IMG/VR virus record: IMGVR_UViG_3300031454_000014
Coordinates: 1-30,405 of that record
Origin: a virus
Taxonomy: Duplodnaviria > Caudoviricetes
Direction: 5' to 3' (one strand)
Length of the DNA: 30,405 bases
Below the pieces are notes generated by a model. The model did no database searches. It was not told the DNA's origin and saw only the letters and a list, made by a program, of their open reading frames with translations. Shown one piece after another: positions 16,470-27,307 of the stretch. A program made the position numbers and the translations under genes. Each line of letters starts with the position of its first letter. Positions within the stretch are counted from its first letter, which is position 1.

Positions 16470-16542
16470 CGCGGTCGGACTGCTCGATTCAAACTGACCC
16501 ACTACCTGACGCCCCTCAGATGACGTGTTCCTCGCGTCGCGA

Positions 16543-16551
16543 TGATATACT
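16543..16551 (+). promoter_or_regulatory. Extended -10 promoter TGATATACT for the tape measure operon
   Basis: Third TGnTATACT instance; intergenic, ~190 nt before the tape measure start. Confidence 0.55.
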
Positions 16552-16562
16552 ACGCGTGGGAC

Positions 16563-16671
16563 AGACGCCTCACCGCGTCGTTTCGCAATAGCCTTCCACC
16601 CACTTGCGCCTATGAGTGCGGGTTGGAGGCTCCTGTACAGGAGCTTTCGATCATGCACCGGGGCGTTTTTT
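16563..16671 (+). other. Structured leader RNA ending in T6
   Basis: AGACGCCTC/GGGGCGTTT closing stem, inner GCCTTCCA/TGGAGGC stem, and a perfect 16-bp palindrome GCTCCTGTACAGGAGC (16629-16644). Confidence 0.55.
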
Positions 16672-16740
16672 CATTTCCGCAAACCCCAACAGAACCGAGG
16701 GCCAGCCGCCTGATCCGCAATCGCGGGGAGGGCTAGCGCT

Positions 16741-19700
16741 TTGCCCTCGGTCGCTGAGCTGACGGTCAATATCAACGCCAACGACACCGCAAGCGCCGCG
16801 CTTGACGCGGTTTCCGGAAAAATCGGCTCTGTCAGCCAAGCATCGACCACGCTCGGTCGCGGGGTGATGGCCGCTGGCGTCGCGATGGGCGCGGCGATGG
16901 GTAGCGCGGTTTACCAGGCCGCGAATTTCGAGCAAGCGATCGCCAACGTTGGCGCCGTCACCAATGCGACCGCTCCGCAGATGGCCCAAATCCGAGAAGA
17001 AGCCCTCGGTATCGGTGTCGATACTCAGTATGGCGCTGGCCAGGCGGCCCAGGTCATGGAGGAATTGGGTAAACAAGGATTCACAACCGATCAAATCGTC
17101 GGTGGTCTCGCGCGTGGTGTGACCAATTTGGCCGCCGCCACGGGGACCGATCTTGTTTCCGCTGGTACGGCAGCGGCCCAGGCGTATCACGTCTTTTCCA
17201 GTCAGGGGGTCGAAACCGGGCAGGTGATCGACTCCCTGACGAACGCCGCGAATGCCTCGGCAGTCAGCATCCCGGAATTGAGCGGCGCCCTCGGCAACAT
17301 GGGCGGCGTCATCAATCAGCTGCAAATCCCGATGGATGATGCCCTCGCCACCCTCGGCGTCTTCCCGAACTACGGCATCGGCGCCGCCGAGGGCGCGACC
17401 TCCTTCACCTCGGCCATCAACGACATGATCTCGCCAACGAAAACGCAGGCCGAAGCCCAGGCCAAGATGAACCTGCACCTCCGGGATGCCAACGGGCTGT
17501 ATGTCGGGACGCCGGAACTTATCAAACAAATCGAAGACGCCACCAAGGACATGACCGTGGCGGATCGGCAGTCCATCATGGCGAAGGCGTTCGGTGTCTA
17601 TGGCCAGAAGGCGCTCAACGCAATGCTCCAGGAGGGGTCAGCCAAGCTCCAAGAGAACACCGACCTTGTGAACCAGAGCGGCACCGCCCAAGAGCAAGCC
17701 GCGCGGCGCATGGACACCTTTTCCGGCAGCGTCGAAAAGCTGAAGGGCAGCATTGAGACGGCCGCTATCGCACTTGGCACACCAATGTTAGGACCACTCC
17801 GCGCCGTGGTTGATACCGTCGCCGCTGGTGTCAACGCCTTCATTGGTCTGCCGGGTCCGGTCATTGCCGCCGTCGCTGCCCTCACCTCCGCTGGGGCTGC
17901 CGCCGCCTTAGCGGCGGGCTCCTTCCTCCTCCTCGCACCCAAGGTGATCGAGGGCATCAAGGCGTTCAACGTGCTCAAAAACAGCGCGCTGGGGATGCGC
18001 GTTTTGTCCGCGATCCCCGGCCTGCTGGGTCCGGTGGGGCTTGCCCTCGGTGCGGTTGCCCTTGGTGTTCTGGCCTACAAAACCAACTTCCTCGGCTTCG
18101 GGGACGCCGTCGATGCGGTCGTCGGGGGGGTCAAGGACTTTGGCGCGGCGTGGAAGACATCGTACGACTATCTCAGGAGCGACCTCGAAGACGGAAGTGG
18201 AAACTGGGGGGCACTGTCAGCGGGAGTCCGGGCGTTCGGATTTGCCCTACAAGGTGTTGGATTGGATCAGTTTGGTCAACTCTTCGTTGACCTTGGTGGC
18301 GAGATTCAGCAGTTTATTCCTCGGTTCCAGCATCTTTACAGCGCCTTCACCGCCTTCGGGCAAAGCAATGCCGAGGCGGCAATTCGGGCGTTTGGGAACG
18401 CCCTCTTTGCGACGACCGGAATCAACATCACCCCGCTGACGAACGGGCTGGCAAACATCATTGGCGGCATTGTCGATTTCAACAATGCCGCCAGGTTGTT
18501 CGTCCGCTCGACCCTGGCATTGGCCGGACCGCTCGGCATTGTCGGGGCCGCCGTCTATGCCTTCGGGATCGCGTTTCCGAAGGCGGCGGCGGCCATCAAG
18601 ACGTTCACCGATGGCCTCATCAAGCTCAATGCCGCTATAGCCGCCGGAGACTGGGGGGCGGCGGCAGGCGTTGTGGCCAATGGCATTCAAGCCATCGGCT
18701 CGGCCATCGCGGGCGCCGCCGCTGGGCTGGCGGTCGATTTCGTGGACTGGACGATCAACGTCGCCGCGCCGAAGCTGATCGGTTGGGTCGAGAACGCCGC
18801 CGGATTCCTGCGCGACCAGATCGGGGGCATTGTTTCCGCCGTTGGCGGCGTGCTGGGCAACGTCGTCGGTTGGCTTCTTGAGGTGGGAATCCCCCAACTC
18901 ACCGGGTGGGTCCAGGGCGGGGCGTCGCTCATCGGGTCGGCAATCCAAGCCCTAGTCCAGTTTGGCGGGCAGACCCTTGGCCACGTGCTGGGGTGGTTGT
19001 TGGAGGTCGGCGCGCCGCAGCTCAGTGGATGGGTGCAGGGCGGCGCATCCCTCGTCGGGCAAGGGATTCAGGCCCTCGTTAGCTTCGGAGGGCAGACGCT
19101 CGCCCACGTGATCGGATGGCTTCTCGAAGTCGGAGCGCCGCAACTGAGCGGTTGGGTCCAGGGTGGTGCTTCGCTTATCAGTAGCGAGATCCAGGGACTT
19201 GTTCAGTTTGGGGGGCAGACGCTCGGCCACATATTGGGGTGGTTGTTAGAAGTCGGTGCGCCACAACTCACCGGATGGGTCCAGGGCGGGGCGGCGGTCA
19301 TCGGGTCCGACATTCAGGCGCTCGTGCAATTCGGTGGGCAAACCCTGGCTCGGGTGGCTGGGTGGTTGCTAGAGGTTGGCGCCCCCCAGATCACGGGGTG
19401 GGTCCAAGGCGGCGCGTCGCTCATTGGCTCGCAAATCCAGGCACTCATCAACTTCGGAGGGCAGACGCTTGCCCACGTTGTGGGCTGGTTGCTCGAAGTA
19501 GGAGCTCCGCAACTGACGGGCTGGGTCCAGGGTGGCGCGTCGCTCGTTGGTCAGGGGATTCAGGCCCTCGTCAACTTCGGCGGGCAGACGCTTGGGCATG
19601 TTCTTGGGTGGTTGCTTGAAGTTGGTGCCCCCCAGCTCACGGGGTGGGTCCAAGGGGGTGCGTCGCTCGTCGGGTCGCAGATTCAGCAGGTGCTCTCGTT

Positions 19701-22700
19701 CGGGGGCCAGACGCTCGGCCACGTTGTGGGCTGGTTGTTGGAAGTTGGCGCTCCGCAACTGACGGGCTGGGTTCAGGGCGGAGCATCGACGGTCGGGAGC
19801 CAGATTCAGGCCTTGGTCCAATTCGGGGGACAGACGCTGGCGCATCTCGCCGGTTGGCTCTTAGAAGTCGGGTCTCCCCAGTTGACGGGTTGGGTGCAGG
19901 GGGGGGCGTCACTCCTTGTCGGCGAAGTCGGGAAGCTCGTCAACGTTGGGGGGCAGACACTCGCCCGCGCGGTTGGCTGGCTGCTCGAGGTCGGAGCGCC
20001 GCAACTCAGCGGGTGGGTCCAAGGGGGTGCGTCACTCGTCGCGACAGACATTCAGAAACTTGCGGACTTCGCGGGGCAAACACTCGCGCACGTCACAGAC
20101 TGGCTCCTCGAAATTGGCGTACCAAAGCTCACAGGCGTCCTTGACAATCTCTCGGGGTTTATTGGACCAAAGCTCGACGAGGCCATCGCCGCCGCTGGGA
20201 CGATCACCAAAGAGTTCGCGACCTGGGTCATCAACATCGGCGCACCGGGGCCCGAGAACGTAGTCATCGATGATCCAGGCATCCAAGGGGTCATCGCCAA
20301 GTCCATCAATGACGTGGTGGTCAAGGGTCCGACCGGAGAACAGGAGGCGTCGGCGAAAGCAGCGGGTGAGGAGGTCGGGGCAAAGTACGCCGACATTATC
20401 CTTGCCGGGGTCGGACTAGGTTTCTTGGCCGGACAGTCGGCCGGTGGCGGAGCCGGTGCAAACCCATTTCAGCTTGGAATCGACTTTCTCCAAGGCTTCT
20501 TGGAGGAAGTTTGGACGAAAGCCGACGCTCTTGCGGACGAACTCACCATCCGCATGGACATTGCCGCGCAAAAGATCGGGATCGCGTTTGATAATTTCGT
20601 CAAGACGACGTTTGACCACCTGAACAAACTGCACGACTTTGCGCCATCCGCCGTGCCGGAGATTCCGACGGACTGGATTGACACCGACATCGCCAAGATG
20701 CAGGACCGCATCAAGGAGTTGAGCGGTCAGGGGGCTGATCAGGGGTTTGACTTTGGGTCGGACTACGGAAACAACTTCGCGACGGGAACGGCGGACGGAG
20801 TGCGGGCTGGGTATAACGACGGCCCTCCGCCGGTAACAACCGGGATTGAAACCGCCACCGCCAATATCCCCCCACCACCCGCGCCAACCGCGGCGGCCCA
20901 GACGCAAGGCGCGACCTGGGGGGATGTGTACGGGAACGGGTTTGCCGGCGGGATACCAAGTGGCGTCGGCCAGAGCACGCCGTACATTGAGGCGCAACTT
21001 CAGCAAGGGATCGCGGACTCCACGGGGGCCATCACGCCGCCGGTGCAGGACGCCGCTCATACCGGCGAGATGCACGCGGGGACGTGGACCGATGTCTACG
21101 GAAATGGCTTTGCGAGTGGCATCCCGAGCGGGATCGGCACAAGCACGCCGGGTATTGAGGCGGCGTTAGCGCAGGGGATCAAGGCCGCAGCCAGCAACCC
21201 GCCGCTTCCCGCTCCCGCTGATTCTGCCCCCATTGGGGCGAAGGTGGCAGCGAACGCCGACGCGGGCATGGGGACCGGAATTGGGCAAACGCCGTTCCGG
21301 AAGGTGACCGGCGCGACGCAGAACCAACTGGCGAAATCCATCGCGCAGAGCGGGGCAAATCTTCCCAAGGTTGGCACCGGTCCGGGCCTTGGGCACACGC
21401 TCGATACGGTGCTCTCCGGCCAGGTGCGCGACACGACGATGGAGCAGACCGCGACGGCCCTCGGACTCCAAATGGGTGCAGCCGTCCAGCAGGCGTTCAC
21501 GAGCTTCGGGACGCGAGGCGGAGGTGGCCGAACCGGGGGCGACAGCGGACAGCAGGCTGCGGGTGGAATCGGCCAGACGTTCGTCGCTGGTCTGGCAACA
21601 TCGATCCAAGGTGCTGATACGGCGCCCATCCAAACCGCACTCCAAACCCTCGTCTCGACCTCGATGGCCGCAGGATTTGCGGGTGGGGCAACACAGGGGA
21701 TCGGAGGGGGAGGCCGAACAGGCGGCGGGGCCGCTGGCGGTATCGGCACCACGTTTGTTTCCGGGCTAGCCGCACAAATCGCGGGGACTGACCCCACTCC
21801 GATCGCCACGGCTCTAACTACGCTGGTGTCTACATCGCTGTCACAAGGTCTCGCCGCTGGTCCGACTCAGGGCATTGGCGGTGGCGGACGGGTCGGCGGG
21901 GACGCTGCTGGTGGCATCGGGACGTCGTTTGTTCAAGGACTCGCCGCCCAAATTTCCGGCACGGACCCCGCGCCGATTAGCCTCGCATTGACCACGCTGG
22001 TCTCGACCGCGCTGTCCTCCGGCCTTGCCGGTGGTGGAGTGCAAGGCGGCATCGGCGGAGGTGGTCGTGCTGGGGGTGCTGCCGCCGGTGGAATCGGCAC
22101 GAGTTTTATCGCGGGACTCGCTGCGCAAATATCCGGTACCGATCCGATGCCCATCACGACGGCCCTGACGACCCTCGTTTCCACCGCCCTCTCGACCGGG
22201 TTGGCGGGCGGTCCCGCGACGGGAGGCGTGGGCGCGCCAGGACGCGCCGGAGGTAGCGCGGCGGGTGGGATCGGAACCAGCTTTATCCAGGGATTAGCCG
22301 CGCAGATCGCTGGCACGGACCCGATGCCGATCACGACGGCGTTGACCACGATTGTGAGCGCGGCGCTCACGACCGGCCTGGCGACTGGCGGGCCAGCGGG
22401 TGGCGTCGGAGCACCAGGCCGGGCGGGTGGCGCGAGCGCGGGCGGTATCGGGACCAGCTTTATTGTCGGACTTGCTGCGCAAATAGCCGGGACCGACCCG
22501 GCGCCGATCACGACGGCCTTGACCACCTTGGTCTCGACGGCGTTGTCCTCTGGGTTGGCGGGTGGACCGGCAGCGCCCGGCGCGGGGATCGGGGCGGGCG
22601 GCGCTGCCGGTGGCGATGCGGCTGGCGGCATCGGGACCAGCTTCATCGCCGGGCTTGCCGCACAAATCGCTGGAACGGATCCCGCGCCCATTACCACGGC

Positions 22701-25700
22701 TCTGACGACGCTTGTTTCGACAGCCCTCTCTTCTGGCCTAGCCGGCGGACCAGCGGGCGGGATCGGCGGGGGTGGTCGCGCCGGTGGTGACGCCGCCGGT
22801 GGAATCGGGACGAGTTTCATTGCGGGTCTCGCGGCGCAAATAGCCGGCACCGATCCGACGCCCATTACCACGGCGCTCAATACGCTCGTCTCGACGGCCT
22901 TGTCACAAGGTCTCGCCGGTGGCGGGACGCAGGGCGGGATCGGGGGCGGCGGACGCGCCGGCGGGGATGCGGCGGGCGGGATCGGAACCTCCTTCGTCTC
23001 TGGTTTGGCGGCGCAAATCGCGGGCACCGATCCGACCCCCATCACGACCGCGCTCCAAACGCTCCTCACAAGCGCGCTCTCGGCGGGAATGTCTGGTGAG
23101 GCGGGCGGCGGTGGAATTGGTGCAAGCGGGCGCACGGTCGGTATCGGTGCCAGCATCGTCAACGCCATATCCAGCGCGATCACGAGCGCCGATTTCTCCG
23201 GCGTCGGCACCGCGCTCCAAACCCAGATGACGACCGTCGTCGAGACGGCCTTCACGGAAATCTCGACCTCCGTCGAAACCGCGATGCAATCCGTGACGAC
23301 GGCGATCGAAACGGGCACAACGGCGTGGGCGACCGCGATCGAGACCGCGACGACCGGGATGCAGACGGCCATCGAAACGGCGTTCCAGGCCATCCAAACA
23401 GCCGCCGAAACCGCGATCCAGGCCGTCACGACCGCGATCGAGACCGGGACGCAGTCCTGGCAGACGGCCGTTGATGCCGCCGGAACGGCGATGCAAACGG
23501 CGATCGAGACGTCATTCGATGGGATGCGGACCTCGGCCGAAACCGCCATCCAAGGGATCACGACCGCGATCGAGGCCGGCGCCGACGCGTGGCGGTCGGC
23601 CGTCGAGTCGGCCGGGGATTCCATGCGATCGGCGATCGAAGGTGCCATGGACGCCGTCGCGTCGTCGGTCGAGTCGGGCATGGACCGGGCGACGTCTGCG
23701 GTCGAGAGCGGCGTCGACACAATGATCGCGGCGATGGAAGACGCTGCCGGCCGGGCGGAGGCGGCCGGCGCGGCGATCGCGGACGGCCTGGCGTCCGGAT
23801 TGGAGGGCGGTCTCGGGCGGGTGCAGGCGGCGGCCTCCGCCCTGGCGAGCGCGGCGACCAAGGCGATCGACCTGGCTGCCCAGGTGGCGTCTCCCTCCAA
23901 GATCACGACCCGCACCGGCGAGGAGCTGGGCAACGGTCTCGCGCTCGGCATGGGGCAAAGCACCCCGGCCGCCGTCCAAGCGGCCCGCGACCTCGCCGGC
24001 GCCTCCCTCGGGGAGGTGACGGCCTCGATCGGCGCCGGCGAGGTTGCCGCGTCCACCGCCGGCGGCGTGGTCGGGACGGGCCTCGCGTCCGGGCTCGCCG
24101 CTGGGTGCGCGCCCGTCGAGGCGGCGGCCCACAGCGTCGCGGCAGAGTGCGTGTCTGCCGGGATAACGGCCGGGGCGCCAGCGGCGGCCCAGGCGGCGAC
24201 GGCGGCAGGCGCGGACGTGCCGGCGGCGATGGCGAGCGGGATGGCGACCGGCGCTCCGGCGGCGCAGCAGGCGGCGACCGACCTTGCCACGGCCCCGGTG
24301 GCAGCGTACGAAGCGGCGGCCCCGGCGGCAAGCCAAGCGGCGGCGGGCCTCGTGACCGGCGCGGTGGACGCCGCCAGCGCCGCCCTGGCCCCCGCCCTGG
24401 CGACCCGCTCCGCGTCCGACCAGGCGGCGATCGACAACTACTTCGCCTCTATGTGGGAAACCTCCTCGGCGAACGCCGCCGCCGGTCTCGGGCCGGACAT
24501 GGACTGGGCCAACGACTACCTGGCCGACATCACCGACCCCGCGCTCAAAGAGCAGACGATGGCGGCCGGGCAGCAGCTCGCGGCGGACTACGCGGCCGGC
24601 GTCGCCACCGGCGCCGGCGTACGACGCCGGCGCGGCGGCCGGTCAAGGGTACGTCGAGGGTGCCGGCTCGTACGTCACGCAGGCGTACGACACGGGCGGG
24701 AATCTGGTCCAAGCCGCCGCCGACGGCATGTACTACTTCGAGGACGGCAGCTCCATCACCTACGGGGAAGCGGTCGCGAGGGGGTTTGTCACCGAGGTCA
24801 GCACGTGGGCGCCGGCCGCCTACGATGCGGGCGCGGGACTGGTCGACGCCGCCGACCAGGGCATGACCGACGCCGGCCAGATCGCCTCGCCGTCCAAGGT
24901 GACGGAGGCGATCGGGAACGACTGGGGCAACGGCTTCCCGATCGGCGTCGACGCGACGGTCCCGGCGGGCGAGGACGCCGCCGCCCGGCTGGTCCGCGCC
25001 GCCGAGGTCGCCGCCAAGCGTGAGGCCGCCCGCGCCGCCGAGATCGCCTCCGTCTGGGGCGAGGAGTTCTTGACCGGGATAGAGGGCCTGACGCCCGCCA
25101 TTGCCCGCTCGTCCGTGGCAATGGTCGACCGGGCGGCGGCGTCCGCGCTGCGCGACGTGAATGCCGCGCTCGACGTCGGGACGGCCTTCGGCGAACAGTT
25201 CGATCGCGGCGTCCTGTCGGCGGCGCCGTCGTCGGTCCGAGCCGCGCAGTGGCTCATGGATCAAACGGTCCGCGCCGCCGACGGCGCGTTGGGCAAGGCG
25301 CAGGCGCGTCTGACCGGGATGGCGGAGGTCTTCTCGCTGAAGACGGCGCTGCGAGAGGCGGGGGCGGAAGCGTCCGCGGAGGCGCGCGCGCAGGCACGGG
25401 ACCTGGCCGACGCGGCGCGGCAGGGGGCACGGGACGCGGCGGAGGAACAGGCGGACGCGGCGATCGGCGCCTTCCGGGATGCAGCGGGGCGGGCGCACGA
25501 CGCGATCGGCCGCATCGTTGAGCGCGACCCGTGGTGGGTGCCGGACCCGAGCGCGACCGACCCGGCGTCCCTCGCCGCGGCAATCGAGGCGCAACTCGCC
25601 GCCCTCGGCCCAATCGACCCGCCGACGATGGCAGAGACCGCCGCACCGGACCAGGGCGCCCTGGTCGATGCGTGGCTCGCGCAGGCGCAGGCGGCTGAAG

Positions 25701-27307
25701 AGGCGCGTTCGCGGCAGGCGGCGGCGGGCGACGCCGCCTACGCGGCCCAGGCGGACGCCGCCGATGCGCTCGCCCAAACCCAGGCGGACGCCGCCGCGGA
25801 GGACCAGGCGCAGCAGCAGCAGCAGGCGCTCGACCGGCAGCGGCTCGTCGTGGCCGCGGCGGAGGTGGCCGACGCCGAGCGGTCGGTGGCGGCGGCCCGG
25901 CGCGACGTGGCGACCGCCGGCAGCCGGGAGGAGCAGGGCCGGGCTCGGGCGATCCTCGCCCAAGAGCAAGCGCGGCTCGGGCTGCTCCAAAACCTGAAGG
26001 TTGCTCAGCAGGGGGTTGTTCACGCGACGAGCCAGGCGTCCCGCGAGATCGCGAACCTGAAGGTTGACGCGATCGTTGCCCAGGTCGAGCGGCTCCAGCA
26101 GGTCGACGCCGGCGGCGTCTTCGCCGACTCCCTGGCGGTCGGAATGGAACGAGCGGTCCAGGTCGCGCAGCAGAAGACCGACCGCATCCAGGCGCGGATG
26201 GACCGCTTCGCCAATCGGGCGGAGGTGACTGGCGCCGCGACCGGCGGCAACTACGTGGCAGGGATGGCATCGGGCATGGAGTCCAAGGCCGGGATCGCCG
26301 AGAAGGCCGCAGCAGCGGTCGGGACGGATGCCGCCTCGGCGATGTCGGGTGCCCTTGGCAACGCCAAGCAGACGGTCGGCAAGGACGCGGCGGCGCTCGG
26401 GACGACGGGCGGGACCGGGTTGGCGACGGGCATGAGATCGACTGAGCCGACGGTCCGACGGGCGGCCGACGCTGCCGGGGAAACGGCCGTGACGGCGATG
26501 CGGGACCGGCTCGGTGACCTGAACGCCACCATCCGCGAGCGGGTCGGCGGGGCGAACGGGCAGGTCGCCGCGTCACTCGGCAACCTCGGCGCCAATATCG
26601 CCAATGGTATCAACCAGAATCTCCGCAGCGACGCCTTCGACAACAACATCAACCAAGCCCTGCGCCAGGTTGGCACGATCAACGGAACGGCGGATGGCGC
26701 GGCGATCGGACGCAGTGTGACCGCCGGCATGGGGTCGAGTGTCTCTCCATCGGCGTTGACCAGCGGCGTGAGCGCCGCGGTGACCGCCGCCGGCCAGGTG
26801 AACGCCGCCCCGAAGGGGGCGTCGATCGGCGGAGGGTTCGCGACCGGAATGGCACAGGGGATCGACAACGGAACCAGCGCCGTCGCCGCCGCGGTCATCC
26901 GAATCGTCGAAGCGGCGATCGCGACCGCGCGCAAGCGGTCGAATTCGGCCTCCCCATCGCGCGTTTTTGCCGACGAGGTCGGCGCGACGTGGGCGCAGGG
27001 CATGGGTATCGGCGCGGAGGCAGAGACCCCCTTCGTCGAGGGCAAGGTCCGCGCCCTGGTCGATGCGGCCACTGCCGCCGCGAACGCCGCCGGGCCGGAG
27101 ATCGGGGTCGGCGTTTCCGGTGCCGCAGCGGGGAGCGGCGCAGCGGGGCTCGGCGCGGCCGGTCCCGCCGCGCCCCGCGGCGAGACGGTCACGATCTACC
27201 AGCGAAACGAGATCAGGGGCGCGAGCTTCGACTCGGCCGAGGATTGGTACGAGACGTTCGGGCGCCGGACGGTGCGACGCGACCTCGCGCAGCGGAGGGG
27301 CCGATGA
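16741..27307 (+). CDS. Tail tape measure protein, ~3,520 codons, split by a frameshift near 24610-24620 (track ORFs 16741-25023 and 24728-27307)
   Basis: TP901-type N-terminal core (AANFEQAIANVGAV, TQYGAGQAAQ, NLAAATG, TAQEQAARRMDTFSGSVEKLKGSIET), Trp repeats and SPS motifs. Ala/Gly-rich sequence continues in the +1 frame after ~24615. Confidence 0.9.
18844..20130 (+). repeat. About 10-11 copies of a 41-aa (123-bp) tape measure repeat
   Basis: Consensus GGQTLGHVLGWLLEVGAPQLTGWVQGGASLVGSQIQALVQF. Confidence 0.9.
21562..23140 (+). repeat. About 9 copies of a ~58-aa Gly-rich tape measure repeat
   Basis: Consensus GGIGTSFIAGLAAQIAGTDPxPITTALTTLVSTALSSGLAGG..GGIGGGGRAGGDAA. Confidence 0.9.
23230..23720 (+). 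repeat. 11-aa period helical tape measure repeats (TAIET...)
   Basis: TAIETGTTAWA / TAIETATTGMQ / TAIETAFQAIQ and similar. Confidence 0.8.

Larger units (their letters stand above)
15381..16506. mobile_element. Non-autonomous IS1595-like cassette carrying a toxin-antitoxin pair
   Basis: Perfect 19-bp inverted repeats GGTAGTGGGTCAGTTTGAA (15381-15399 and 16488-16506); flanking 8-bp direct repeats TGACGCCC (15373-15380 and 16507-16514); no transposase inside. Confidence 0.9.

Noticed and set aside
18844-23140. Repeat arrays as a CRISPR array or a diversity-generating retroelement template/variable pair
   Set aside because: Repeats are in-frame coding units without spacers, differences are synonymous rather than adenine-specific, and no cas or reverse transcriptase gene is present.
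24620-25023. Arg-rich C-terminus of the 2760-aa ORF as a DNA-binding tail
   Set aside because: It is out-of-frame read-through after the frameshift.
21933-27192. Several long minus-strand and off-frame ORFs within the tape measure gene
   Set aside because: Pro/Ala/Arg-rich shadows caused by high GC and scarce stop codons.
26989-27303. Upstream extension of the Dit ORF
   Set aside because: Overlaps the tape measure end and is Arg-rich nonsense; the ATGA-coupled start at 27304 is preferred.
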